DNA of 64,000 nucleotides from Eledone cirrhosa (lineage: Eukaryota): NCBI GenBank assembly GCA_964016885.1, contig OZ024740.1, positions 423,522,001 to 423,586,000 on the forward strand. Direction: 5' to 3'. A program made the position numbers and the translations under genes. Positions 40,401-54,180 of the stretch are shown one piece after another; position 1 is the stretch's first letter; each line of letters opens with the position of its first letter. The notes below the pieces were generated by a model. The model saw only the letters and a program-made list of their open reading frames with translations, was not told where the DNA came from and did not search any database.

Positions 40401-43400
40401 GACCAATGGCCAGTGGTCAACAGAGAGACAATCCACACGGTGCGTGACAGGTAGATGAAATATAATGTCTCAGAGGACAGTGGCCAGTGGTCAATAGAGA
40501 GACAATCCACACGGTGGGTGACAGGTAGATGAAATATAATGCCTCAGAGGACAGTGGCCAGCAGCCAGTGGTCAACAGAGAGACAATCCACAAGGTGAGT
40601 GACAGGTAGATGAAATATAATGCCTCAGAGGACAGTGACCAGACCAGTGGCCAGTGGTCAACAGAGAGACAATCCACAAGGTGGGTGACAGGTAGATGAA
40701 ATATAATGCCTCAGAGGACAGTGGCCAGCAGCCAGTGGTCAACAGAGAGACAATCCACAAGGTGGGTGACAGGTAGATGAAATATAATGCCTCAGAGGAC
40801 AGTGACCAGACCAGTGGCCAGTAGTAAACAGAGACAATCCACAAGGTGGGTGACAGGTAGATGAAATATAATGCCTCAGAGGACAGTGACCAGACCAGCG
40901 GCCAGTGGTCAACAGAGAGACAATCACACGATGGGTGACAGGTAGATGAAATATAATGCCTCAGAAGACAGTGACCAGTGACATGTGGTCAACAGAGAGA
41001 CAATCCACATGGTGGGTGACAGGTAGATGAAATATAATGCCTCAGAGGACAGTGGCCAGTGGTCAACAGAGACAATCCACACGGTGGGTAACAGGTAGAT
41101 GAAATATAATGCCTCAGAGGACAGTGGCCAGTGGTCAACAGAGAGACAATCCACACGGTGGGTAACAGGTAGATGAAATATAATGTCTCAGAGGACAGTG
41201 ACCAGCGGCCAGTGGTCAACAGAGAGACAATCACACGGTGGGTGACAGGTAGATGAAATATAATGCCTCAGAGGACAGTGACCAGTGACATGTGGTCAAC
41301 AGAGAGACAATCCACATGGTGGGTGACAGGTAGATGAAATATAATGCCTCAGAGGACAGTGGCCAGTGGTCAACAGAGACAATCCACACGGTGGGTAACA
41401 GGTAGATGAAATATAATGCCTCAGAGGACAGTGACCAGACCAGCGGCCAGTGGTCAACAGAGAGACAATCCACACGGTGGGTAACAGGTAGATGAAATAT
41501 AATGCCTCAGAGGACAGTGACCAGACCAGCGGCCAGTGGTCAACAGAGACAATCCACACGGTGGGTAACAGGTAGATGAAATATAATGCCTCAGAGGACA
41601 GTGACCAGCAGCCAGTGGTCAACAGAGAGACAATCCACACGGTGGGTAACAGGTAGATGAAATATAATACCTCAGAGGACAGTGACCTGCAGCCAGTGGT
41701 CAACAGAGAGACAATCCACACGGTGGGTAACAGGTAGATGAAATATAATGCCCCAGAGGACAGTGACCAGCGGCCAGTGGTCAACAGAGAGACAATCCAC
41801 ACGGTGGGTGATAGGTCGATGAAATATAATGCCTCAGAGGACAGTGACCAGTGGTCAAGAGAGAGACAATCCACACGGCGGGTGACAGGTAGATGAAATA
41901 TAATGCCTCAGAGGACAGTGGCCAGCAGCCAGTGGTCAACAGAGAGACAATCCACAAGGTGGGTGACAGGTAGCTGAAATATAATGCCTCAGAAGACAGT
42001 GACCAGACCAGCGGCCAGTGGTCAACAGAGAGACAATCCACACGGTGGGTGACAGGTAGATGAAATATAATGCCTCAGTGGCCAGTGGTCAACAGAGACA
42101 ATCCACACGGTGGGTGACAGGTAGATGAAATATAATGCCTCAGAGGACAGTGACCAGACCAATGGCCAGTGGTCAACAGAGAGACAATCCACACGGTGCG
42201 TGACAGGTAGATGAAATATAATGTCTCAGAGGACAGTGGCCAGTGGTCAACAGAGAGACAATCCACACGGTGGGTGACAGGTAGATGAAATATAATGCCT
42301 CAGAGGACAGTGGCCAGCAGCCAGTGGTCAACAGAGAGACAATCCACAAGGTGAGTGACAGGTAGATTTAATATAATGCCTCAGAGGACAGTGACCAGAC
42401 CAGTGGCCAGTGGTCAACAGAGAGACAATCCACAAGGTGGGTGACAGGTAGATGAAATATAATGCCTCAGAGGACAGTGGCCAGCAGCCAGTGGTCAACA
42501 GAGAGACAATCCACAAGGTGGGTGACAGGTAGATGAAATATAATGCCTCAGAGGACAGTGACCAGACCAGTGGCCAGTAGTAAACAGAGACAATCCACAA
42601 GGTGGGTGACAGGTAGATGAAATATAATGCCTCAGAGGACAGTGACCAGACCAGCGGCCAGTGGTCAACAGAGAGACAATCACACGATGGGTGACAGGTA
42701 GATGAAATATAATGCCTCAGAAGACAGTGACCAGTGACATGTGGTCAACAGAGAGACAATCCACATGGTGGGTGACAGGTAGATGAAATATAATGCCTCA
42801 GAGGACAGTGGCCAGTGGTCAACAGAGACAATCCACACGGTGGGTAACAGGTAGATGAAATATAATGCCTCAGAGGACAGTGGCCAGTGGTCAACAGAGA
42901 GACAATCCACACGGTGGGTAACAGGTAGATGAAATATAATGTCTCAGAGGACAGTGACCAGCGGCCAGTGGTCAACAGAGAGACAATCACACGGTGGGTG
43001 ACAGGTAGATGAAATATAATGCCTCAGAGGACAGTGACCAGTGACATGTGGTCAACAGAGAGACAATCCACATGGTGGGTGACAGGTAGATGAAATATAA
43101 TGCCTCAGAGGACAGTGGCCAGTGGTCAACAGAGACAATCCACACGGTGGGTAACAGGTAGATGAAATATAATGCCTCAGAGGACAGTGACCAGACCAGC
43201 GGCCAGTGGTCAACAGAGAGACAATCCACACGGTGGGTAACAGGTAGATGAAATATAATGCCTCAGAGGACAGTGACCAGACCAGCGGCCAGTGGTCAAC
43301 AGAGACAATCCACACGGTGGGTAACAGGTAGATGAAATATAATGCCTCAGAGGACAGTGACCAGCAGCCAGTGGTCAACAGAGAGACAATCCACACGGTG

Positions 43401-46400
43401 GGTAACAGGTAGATGAAATATAATACCTCAGAGGACAGTGACCTGCAGCCAGTGGTCAACAGAGAGACAATCCACACGGTGGGTAACAGGTAGATGAAAT
43501 ATAATGCCCCAGAGGACAGTGACCAGCGGCCAGTGGTCAACAGAGAGACAATCCACACGGTGGGTGATAGGTCGATGAAATATAATGCCTCAGAGGACAG
43601 TGACCAGTGGCCAGTGGTCAACAGAGAGACAATCCACACGGTGGGTGACAGGTAGATGAAATATAATGCCTCAGAGGACAGTGACCAGTGGCCAGTGGTC
43701 AACAGAGAGACAATCCACAAGGTGGGTGACAGGTCGATGAAATATAATGCCTCAGAGGACAGTGACCAGTGGCCAGTGGTCAACAGAGAGACAATCCACA
43801 AGGTGGGTGACAGGTCGATGAAATATAATGCCTCAGAGGACAGTGGCCAGTGGTCAACAGAGACAATCCACACGGTGGGTGACAGGTAGATGTAATATAA
43901 TGCCTCAGAGGACAGTGGCCAGTGGTCAACAGAGAGACAATCCACACGGTGGGTGACAGGTAGATGAAATATAATGCCTCAGAGGACAGTGACCAGACCA
44001 GCGGCCAGTGGTCAACAGAGAGACAATCCACAAGGTGGGTGACAGGTAGATGAAATATAATGCCTCAGAAGACAGTGACCAGACCAGTGGCCAGTGGTCA
44101 ACAGAGAGACAATCACACGGTGGGTGACAGGTAGATGAAATATAATGCCTCAGAGGACAGTGACCAGTGGTCAAGAGAGAGACAATCCACACGGTGGGTG
44201 ACAGGTAGATGAAATATAATGCCTCAGAACACAGTGACCAGTGGCCAGTGGTCAACAGAGAGACAATCCACACGGTGGGTGACAGGTAGATGAAATATAA
44301 TGCCTCAGAGGACAGTGGCCAGCAGCCAGTGGTCAACAGAGAGACAATCCACAAGGTGGGTGACAGGTAGCTGAAATATAATGCCTCAGAAGACAGTGAC
44401 CAGACCAGCGGCCAGTGGTCAACAGAGAGACAATCCACACGGTGGGTGACAGGTAGATGAAATATAATGCCTCAGTGGCCAGTGGTCAACAGAGACAATC
44501 CACATGGTGGGTGACAGGTAGATGAAATATAATGCCTCAGAGGACAGTGACCAGACCAATGGCCAGTGGTCAACAGAGAGACAATCCACACGGTGCGTGA
44601 CAGGTAGATGAAATATAATGTCTCAGAGGACAGTGGCCAGTGGTCAACAGAGAGACAATCCACACGGTGGGTGACAGGTAGATGAAATATAATGCCTCAG
44701 AGGACAGTGGCCAGCAGCCAGTGGTCAACAGAGAGACAATCCACAAGGTGAGTGACAGGTAGATGAAATATAATGCCTCAGAGGACAGTGACCAGACCAG
44801 TGGCCAGTGGTCAACAGAGAGACAATCCACAAGGTGGGTGACAGGTAGATGAAATATAATGCCTCAGAGGACAGTGGCCAGCAGCCAGTGGTCAACAGAG
44901 AGACAATCCACAAGGTGGGTGACAGGTAGATGAAATATAATGCCTCAGAGGACAGTGACCAGACCAGTGGCCAGTAGTAAACAGAGACAATCCACAAGGT
45001 GGGTGACAGGTAGATGAAATATAATGCCTCAGAGGACAGTGACCAGACCAGCGGCCAGTGGTCAACAGAGAGACAATCACACGATGGGTGACAGGTAGAT
45101 GAAATATAATGCCTCAGAAGACAGTGACCAGTGACATGTGGTCAACAGAGAGACAATCCACATGGTGGGTGACAGGTAGATGAAATATAATGCCTCAGAG
45201 GACAGTGGCCAGTGGTCAACAGAGACAATCCACACGGTGGGTAACAGGTAGATGAAATATAATGCCTCAGAGGACAGTGGCCAGTGGTCAACAGAGAGAC
45301 AATCCACACGGTGGGTAACAGGTAGATGAAATATAATGTCTCAGAGGACAGTGACCAGCGGCCAGTGGTCAACAGAGAGACAATCACACGGTGGGTGACA
45401 GGTAGATGAAATATAATGCCTCAGAGGACAGTGACCAGTGACATGTGGTCAACAGAGAGACAATCCACATGGTGGGTGACAGGTAGATGAAATATAATGC
45501 CTCAGAGGACAGTGGCCAGTGGTCAACAGAGACAATCCACACGGTGGGTAACAGGTAGATGAAATATAATGCCTCAGAGGACAGTGACCAGACCAGCGGC
45601 CAGTGGTCAACAGAGAGACAATCCACACGGTGGGTAACAGGTAGATGAAATATAATGCCTCAGAGGACAGTGACCAGACCAGCGGCCAGTGGTCAACAGA
45701 GACAATCCACACGGTGGGTAACAGGTAGATGAAATATAATGCCTCAGAGGACAGTGACCAGCAGCCAGTGGTCAACAGAGAGACAATCCACACGGTGGGT
45801 AACAGGTAGATGAAATATAATACCTCAGAGGACAGTGACCTGCAGCCAGTGGTCAACAGAGAGACAATCCACACGGTGGGTAACAGGTAGATGAAATATA
45901 ATGCCCCAGAGGACAGTGACCAGCGGCCAGTGGTCAACAGAGAGACAATCCACACGGTGGGTGATAGGTCGATGAAATATAATGCCTCAGAGGACAGTGA
46001 CCAGTGGCCAGTGGTCAACAGAGAGACAATCCACACGGTGGGTGACAGGTCGATGAAATATAATGCCTCAGAGGACAGTGACCAGTGGCCAGTGGTCAAC
46101 AGAGAGACAATCCACACGGTGGGTGACAGGTAGATGAAATATAATGCCTCAGAGGACAGTGACCAGTGGCCAGTGGTCAACAGAGAGACAATCCACAAGG
46201 TGGGTGACAGGTAGATGAAATATAATGCCTCAGAGGACAGTGATCAGACCAGCGGCCAGTGGTCAACAGAGAGACAATCCACACGGTGGGTGACAGGTAG
46301 ATGAAATATAATGCCTCAGAGGACAGTGACCAGTGGCCAGTGGTCAACAGAGAGACAATCCACACGGTGGGTGACAGGTAGATGAAATATAATGCCTCAG

Positions 46401-49082
46401 AGGACAGTGACCAGACCAGTGGCCAGTGGTCAACAGAGAGACAATCCACACGGTGGGTGACAGGTAGATAAAATATAATGCCTCAGAGGACAGTGACCAG
46501 ACCAGCGGCCAGTGGTCAACAGAGAGACAATCCACAAGGTGGGTGACAGGTAGATGAAATATAATGCCTCAGAAGACAGTGACCAGGCCAGTGGCCAGTG
46601 GTCAACAGAGAGACAATCGCACGGTGGGTGACAGGTAGATGAAATATAATGCCTCAGAGGACAGTGACCAGCAGCCAGTGGTCAACAGAGAGACAATCCA
46701 CACGGTGGGTGACAGGTAGATGAAATATAATGCCTCAGAGGACAGTGACCAGACCAGCGGCCAGTGGTCAACAGAGAGACAATCCACAAGGTGGGTGACA
46801 GGTAGATGAAATATAATGCCTCAGAAGACAGTGACCAGGCCAGAGGCCAGTGGTCAACAGAGAGACAATCCACACGGTGGGTGACAGGTAGATGAAATAT
46901 AATGCCTCAGAAGACAGTGACCAGGCCAGTGGCCAGTGGTCAACAGAGAGACAATCACACGGTGGGTGACAGGTAGATGAAATATAATGCCTCAGAGGAC
47001 AGTGACCAGTGGTCAACAGAGAGACAATCCACACGGTGGGTGACAGGTAGATGAAATATAATGCCTCAGAGGACAGTGACCAGTGGCCAGTGGTCAACAG
47101 AGAGACAATCCACACGGCGGGTGACAGGTAGATGAAATATAATGCCTCAGAGGACAGTGACCAGTGGCCAGTGGTCAATAGAGAGACAATCCACACGGTG
47201 GGTGACAGGTAGATGAAATATAATGCCTCAGAGGACAGTGACCAGTGACATGTGGTCAACAGAGAGACAATCACACGGTGGGTGACAGGTAGATGAAATA
47301 TAATGCCTCAGAAGACAGTGACCAGTGGCCAGTGGTCAACAGAGAGACAATCCACACGGTGAGTGACAGGTAGATGAAATATAATGCCTCAGAGGACAGT
47401 GGCCAGCAGCCAGTGGTCAACAGAGAGACAATCCACACGGTGGGTGACAGGTAGATGAAATATAATGCCTCAGTGGCCAGTGGTCAACAGAGACAATCCA
47501 CACGGTGGGTGACAGGTAGATGAAATATAATGCCTCAGAGGACAGTGACCAGACCAATGGCCAGTGGTCAACAGAGAGACAATCCACACGGTGCGTGACA
47601 GGTAGATGAAATATAATGCCTCAGAGGACAGTGGCCAGTGGTCTACAGAGAGACAATCCACACGGTGGGTGACAGGTAGATGAAATATAATGCCTCAGAG
47701 GACAGTGGCCAGCAGCCAGTGGTCAACAGAGAGACAATCCACAAGGTGGGTGACAGGTAGATGAAATATAATGCCTCAGAGGACAGTGACCAGACCAGTG
47801 GCCTGTGGTCAACAGAGAGACAATCCACAAGGTGGGTGACAGGTAGATGAAATATAATGCCCCAGAGGACAGTGGCCAGCAGCCAGTGGTCAACAGAGAG
47901 ACAATCCACAAGGTGGGTGACAGGTAGATGAAATATAATGCCTCAGAGGACAGTGGCCAGCAGCCAGTGGTCAACAGAGAGACAATCCACAAGGTGGGTG
48001 ACAGGTAGATGAAATATAATGCCTCAGAGGACAGTGGCCAGCAGCCAGTGGTCAACAGAGAGACAATCCACAAAGTGGGTGACAGGTAGATGAAATATAA
48101 TGCCTCAGAGGACAGTGACCAGACCAGTGGCCAGTAGTCAACAGAGACAATCCACAAGGTGGGTGACAGGTAGATGAAATATAATGCCTCAGAGGACAGT
48201 GACTAGACCAGCGGCCAGTGGTCATCAGAGAGACAATCCACACGGTGGGTGACAGGTAGATGAAATATAATGCCTCAGAGGACAGTGGCCAGTGGTCAAC
48301 AGAGAGACAATCCACACGGTGGGTGACAGGTAGATGAAATATAATGCCTCAGGACAGTGACCAGACCAGCGGCCAGTGGTCAACAGAGAGACAATCCACA
48401 AGGTGGGTGACAGGTAGATGAAATATAATGCCTCAGAGGACAGTGACCAGACCAGTGGCCAGTGGTCAACAGAGAGACAATCACACGGTGGGTGACAGGT
48501 AGATGAAATATAATGCCTCAGAGGACAGTGACCAGTGGCCAGTGGTCAATAGAGAGACAATCCACACGGTGGGTGACAGGTAGATGAAATATAATGCCTC
48601 AGAGGACAGTGACCAGTGGCCAGTGGTCAATAGAGAGACAATCCACACGGTGGGTGACAGGTAGATGAAATATAATGCCTCAGAGGACAGTGACCAGTGA
48701 CATGTGGTCAACAGAGAGACAATCACACGGTGGGTGACAGGTAGATGAAATATAATGCCTCAGAAGACAGTGACCAGTGGCCAGTGGTCAACAGAGAGAC
48801 AATCCACACGGTGGGTGACAGGCAGATGAAATATAATGCCTCAGAGAACAGTGACCAGTGACATGTGGACAACAGAGAGACAATCACACGGTGGGTGACA
48901 GGTAGATGAAATATAATGCCTCAGAAGACAGTGACCAGTGGCCAGTGGTCAACAGAGAGACAATCCACACGGTGGGTGACAGGTAGATGAAATATAATGC
49001 CTCAGAGGACAGTGACCAGACCAGCAGTCAGTGGTCAACAGAGAGACAATCCACACGGTGGGTGACAGGTAGATGAAATATA
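31411..49082. repeat. 17.7-kb satellite, ~72-86-bp variable units (~220 copies) with higher-order repeats
   Basis: Unit GGACAGTGACCAG(ACCAG)TGGCCAGTGGTCAACAGAGAGACAATCCACACGGTGGGTGACAGGTAGATGAAATATAATGCCTCAGA seen throughout. Confidence 0.98.
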
Positions 49083-49239
49083 GAAAAGATTGAAAGAGGA
49101 GGGGGTCAAGGAGAAGTACACTGGTGCACAGAAGTGACTAAAAGAAGGAAATAAAGAAAGGTGATGTACAAGACAAGTTTACATACACATCTTCACCCTC
49201 ATCAGCTCTCAAACCACCAAAATTGTTTTACACAATGTT

Positions 49240-50836
49240 GACTCTGGTCATCTACTGAAGCATTCTCATTTCTTTTCTTCCCAGGCTTTGCTGCAGTTCC
49301 ACCTTCATCTTGCTCCCATAAATTGTGACATTTCTCACCTATACCTTTCTCTTCAGTGACACTGCCTCAGTTTCAGTGACACTACCTCAGTTTTAGTCAC
49401 ACTACCTCAGTTTTAGTGACACTGTCTCAGTTTTAGTGACACTGCCTCAGTTTTAGTGACACTGCCTCAGTTTCAGTGACACTGCCTCAGTTTCAGTGAC
49501 ACTATCTCAGGTTTAGTCACACTACCTCAGTTTCAGCGACATTACCTCAGTTTTAGTGACACTGCCTCAGTTTTAGTGACACTGCTTCAGTTTCAGTGAC
49601 ACTGCCTCAGTTTTAGTCACATTGCCTCAGTTTTAGTGACACTGCTTCAGTTTCAGTGACACTGCCTCAGTTTTAGTGACACTGCTTCAGTTTTAGTGAC
49701 ACTGCCTCAGTTTCAGTGATACTGCCTCAATTTCAGTGACACTGCCTCAGTTTTAGTGACACTGCCTCAGTTTCAGTGACACTGCCTCAGTTTCAGTGAC
49801 ACTGCCTCAGTTTTAGTGACACTACCTCAGTTTTAGTCACACTGCCTCAGTTTCAGTGACACTGCCTCAGTTTTAGTGACACTGCCTCAGTTTCAGTGAC
49901 ACTGCCTCAGTTTCAGTGACACTGCCTCAGTTTTAGTGACACTGCCACAGTTTCAGTAACACTGCCTCAGTTTTAGTGACACTGCCTCAGTTTTAGTAAC
50001 ACTGCCTCAGTTTCAGTGACACTGCCTCAGTTTCAGTGACACTGCCTCAGTTTTAGTGACACTGCCTCAGTTTCAGTAACACTGCCTCAGTTTTAGTGAC
50101 ACTGCCTCAGTTTCAGTAACACTGCCTCAGTTTCAGTGACACTGCCTCAGTTTCAGTGACACTGCCTCAGTTTTAGTCACACTGCCTCAGTTTCAGTGAC
50201 ACTGCCTCAGTTTTAGTGACACTGCCTCAGTTTTAGTGACACTGCCTCAGTTTCAGTAACACTGCCTCAGTTTTAGTGACACTGCCTCAGTTTCAGTAAC
50301 ACTGCCTCAGTTTCAGTGACACTGCCTCAGTTTCAGTAACACTGCCTCAGTTTTAGTGACACTGCCTCAGTTTCAGTAACACTGCCTCAGTTTCAGTGAC
50401 ACTGCCTCAGTTTCAGTGACACTGCCTCAGTTTTAGTCACACTGCCTCAGTTTCAGTGACACTGCCTCAGTTTTAGTGACACTGCCTCAGTTTCAGTAAC
50501 ACTGCCTCAGTTTCAGTGACACTGCCTCAGTTTTAGTGACACTGCCTCAGTTTCAGTGACACTGCGTCAGTTTTAGTGACACTGCCTCAGTTTTAGTGAC
50601 ATTACCTCAGTTTCAGTAACACTGCCTCGGTTTTAGTGACACTGCCTCAGTTTCAGTAACACTGCCCTCCTTATTAGCAACTCAGTCCCAAGAACTTCTT
50701 CTCTACAAATTTTACTCATCCAGTCTGATCCACCTTCTCCATTCAATATATCTTTTAAATAATAAAATATTTTCACACCTTCCATTGTCACACTATTCCC
50801 AAGATCCAACTCAACATATGCACTTCCCCCATACAC
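49240..50836 (-). mobile_element. Old RTE LINE relic interrupted by the 20-bp array
   Basis: Right flank LDLGNSVTMEGVKIFYYLKDILNGEGG...LLIRRAVLLKL; left flank SLKRKV*VRNVTIYGSKMKVE...EMRMLQ*M; colinear with the RTE region F.YLGD...GG...SLK.KG.LY...M.HGSETW...MLRWM. Confidence 0.7.
49352..50666. repeat. 20-bp minisatellite, ~65 copies (ACTGCCTCAGTTTYAGTGAC)
   Basis: Periodicity seen directly. Confidence 0.98.
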
Positions 50837-51296
50837 ACTTACATATAGCTGCCATATTATTTAATGGAAATGACCACTTCCAGTCGATGTTTTCAGCTTT
50901 GCGGTATGCAAATGAGCATCTCCAGCAAGGGATCATTACACAAAATACTATATAGATGATAGTTTATTTCATACCAGTAAATTTTGAGTGAATGTCACCA
51001 ATGAAAGATCATTAAATCTTGAAACAGCACTGTCTTGCATTTTCAGAATATACTAGCAACTCTGTGAATATATTCACAGAGGAAAATAGAGAAAAATGAA
51101 ATTCTTTTCGTTTTGTTATGTGAAAAAATTTTTTTTTTTGGCAGCAAGGCCACCCTTATGTTTATTGTGAGTGTATTATATATATCTTCATATTCACCTC
51201 CATATTTTTTAATGTACCCAACCAGTATATATCATACATTTAATAGAGTTCTCCCTACATATCCCTCTTGTACATTACACACCAGTGTCATGTTGC

Positions 51297-51885
51297 TCAA
51301 GACAGTAGTACTGAAGGGATGCTCTGAAGGTTGTCAATGACAGACTCAATAAAGCCACCCCACCAAGTGTTGTGTTGCTCAGGTACCAGACATTGAACGA
51401 CATGTAGATTGATTTGGAAATGTCCATCGACAGCCAACACAAAAAAGAGTAGAGTGAGTGGGTCACCTTGCTGGACACCTGCAGCAGATGTGATAATGTT
51501 GCCAGCAGTGATGAGTAAGCAGGCTGTCTTGTAAGAGAGATGTACCAGAGAGATTAATGAGGGAAGCATGTCTCTGATACATTTCTAGGATATGGTCATG
51601 GTATGGTCCTGTAACTCTTGATGGAGTCACAGGGGAATTGTAGTAGCATATGGCGCTTCTTGGGAATTTTAAGCCTGGCAGACCCCCAACCCTCTCCAGG
51701 TCTGAACACAACGGATTTTTTCCAGAGATAAAGAGTGAGAGAGAGGAAGTGAGAAAGAGATATAGAAGAAGAATTGACCCAGTAGTTGACTGGTACATTA
51801 TTTTTATCGACCTTGAAAGGATGTAAGTGAAATTTGATATGGTCGTACCTAATGAGGTTAAAGGTGCTTTGAATGTCCAACTTCC
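51297..51885 (-). mobile_element. CRE-clade RT relic interrupted by a ~240-bp insertion
   Basis: DIQSTFNLIRYDH / DHILEMYQ / ITSAAGVQQGDPL.LLFFVLAVD / FNVWYLSNTTLGG resemble CRE RT motifs (D..NAFN..RRD, GVQQGDPLGP, WYLDD.T.GG). Confidence 0.7.
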
Positions 51886-51986
51886 AGAGAACTGGGAACA
51901 GATACAGTGAAACATTTTAATTCAACACTTTAATAACTCTGACAATTTCACATCTCTTTCTCTCTCAAATATACACACACACACGC

Positions 51987-53138
51987 TCGGTGTGTAGGAA
52001 AGGCGAAGGTAGAAACTCCATTTTATGTCCTAAATGCAAAGTATGGGTGCATAAAAGATGTAGTGGGATCACAGGTAAGCTAACTAAGAACATAGATTTT
52101 ACATGTGGCCGGTGTTCTGGTGCAATAAGTAGCAGCAAGTGCCCACAAAATACTAGCTCTTTCAACTGCGCAGAGGGTTCTATAGAAATAGTGGACAGCT
52201 TCCGTTACCTGGGTGACAAAATCAGCAGTGGGGGAGGGTGCTCTGAAAGTACTGTAGCTAGAGTCAGAACTGGTTGGAAAAAGTTCAGAGAGCTTATACC
52301 ACTATTAGCCGCTAAAGGGTTCTCCCTAAAAATGAAAGGCAGGTTGTACGATGCCTGCATACGAACAGCAATGTTGCATGGCAGTGAGACCTGGGCATTG
52401 TGTGCAGAGGATATACGCAGACTAGAGAGGAACGAAGCTTGCATGCTCCGCTGGATGTGTAACAGTAATATACGTGAACGGCAAAGCATAAACGAACTAA
52501 GGAAAAAATTAGAGATAAGAGGGATCAGATGTTGTTTACTCGAGAGAAGGCTACGTTGGTATGGACACGTGATGCGCATGAAAGTCGATAGCTGTATAAC
52601 AAAGTGCAGGGCAATAAAGATAGACGGTAGCCACGGAATAGGCAGACCTAGAAAAACCTGGGACGAGCTGATAAACTCCGACCTCACACACTTACACCTC
52701 TCCAAGACAATGTCACTGGACCGAGACCTTTGGCGGTACTCAGTAACAGAGAAGACCCGCCTTGCCAGTAGGCATCTCTAACAAAATACACACCGTCCCG
52801 CCACCACCCCCACCCATCCACACCACCCCGTTCTATGTAAAGTTATGTTGGTGCCGCGCCATCCAGGCCGAAACAAATGAGATCGTGTAGGTGTCACGAC
52901 AAAAAAACACACAGTCCACGCTGTAATGTGGCCGTGTAGGCAACACGGTAAAAACCTCCCAGACCCACACTGTAAATGTGGTTGGTGTTAGGAAGGGCAT
53001 CCAACTGTAGAAAACCTGCCAGACAGTCCTATGCGAGCAAGACAATCACTCTTGCCTCAAGTGGGACTACCCCCGTCCAAACCCATGCAAGCGTGGAACA
53101 CGGACGTTAAACGTTGATGATGATGATGATGATGATGA
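51987..53138 (+). mobile_element. 5'-truncated RTE LINE with PHD-like Cys-rich segment, 3' UTR and (GAT)n tail
   Basis: ORF 51990-52781: FRYLGD, HGSETW, RRLRWYGHV, GRPRKTW, DRDLWR; tail GGACGTTAAACGTTGATGATGAT. Confidence 0.93.
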
Positions 53139-53296
53139 TACATATATATATATATATACATGAGATTCCTGATGATTTCTAATGAATGAAACAGTTCTAG
53201 TCCTGTAGAATCTCATCTATATTAAAACTCTTATACTCTGCTATGTATTGAGTACCTTACTTACTGTGGTTACCTCCGATTCAACCCGGAATAACG

Positions 53297-53305
53297 TATA
53301 TATAC

Positions 53306-53380
<75 letters not shown>

Positions 53381-53456
53381 CATATATACATATATATATA
53401 CACATATATATATATATATATACATATATATTCACACACATATATATATATATATA

Positions 53457-53490
<34 letters not shown>

Positions 53491-53493
53491 TAC

Positions 53494-53528
<35 letters not shown>

Positions 53529-53578
53529 CATATATATATATGTATATGTGCATATATGCATATATATATATATATATA
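53297..53578. repeat. (TA)n-rich microsatellite
   Basis: Seen directly. Confidence 0.95.
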
Positions 53579-53727
53579 TTAGGAAGAGCATCCAGCTGTA
53601 GAAATCAAGCCAGAATCAGTTCCCGTATGAGCAAGATATGGTCAGCCGACCAGCTACTGCCCACAACAAGACAACCCGTCTAACCCATGCTACCGTGGAA
53701 GAATGGGCGTAAAACGGTGATGATGAT
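53579..53727 (+). mobile_element. SINE/RTE-type 3' tail fragment
   Basis: AGGAAGAGCATCCAGCTGTAGAAA...ACCCATGC...GATGATGAT. Confidence 0.7.
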
Positions 53728-53965
53728 ATATATATATATATATATATATATATCATCCATCTTTCATGCCACCATGAGTTAGATGATTTTGTTCCATTTG
53801 ATCCGGGATATATATATATATATGTATTTAGGTTTGAAGGTTCACCACTGGATAGAGCTGGTGAATTCCGTATGGTCAATCTTGATGTAATAATATGGAG
53901 AGTACTCAACCTAAAGCAGCTCAACCGTCTTCGTTTGTATAGTTGGTGGTGCGAGTATTGAGTTA

Positions 53966-54073
53966 AATATTATAATAAAATAACAGGAGGCTGGACTTGT
54001 GTAAATCCTTGAAAGGTTTAAACCTTTCAAGGATTTACACAAGTCCAGCCTCCTGTTATTTTATTATAATATT
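53966..54073. repeat. Perfect 108-bp palindrome with no spacer
   Basis: Centre GGTTT|AAACC at 54019/54020; 54-bp arms complementary throughout. Confidence 0.95.
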
Positions 54074-54100
54074 ATATTATATATATATGTATATATATAA

Positions 54101-54176
<76 letters not shown>

Positions 54177-54180
<4 letters not shown>

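Noticed and set aside
31630-48726. Dozens of short hydrophobic ORFs (SSEALYFIYLSPTVWIVSLLTTG)
   Set aside because: Satellite translations that shift frame with each unit-length variant
31411-49082. Recursive-splicing sites (CAG|GTAGAT in every unit)
   Set aside because: They lie on the + strand, opposite the only supported gene, and lack polypyrimidine tracts
49000-49400. Common origin of the ~80-bp and 20-bp arrays (both contain TGCCTCAG...CAGTGAC)
   Set aside because: The 20-mer is explained by RTE coding sequence in situ; the short shared motif is probably coincidental
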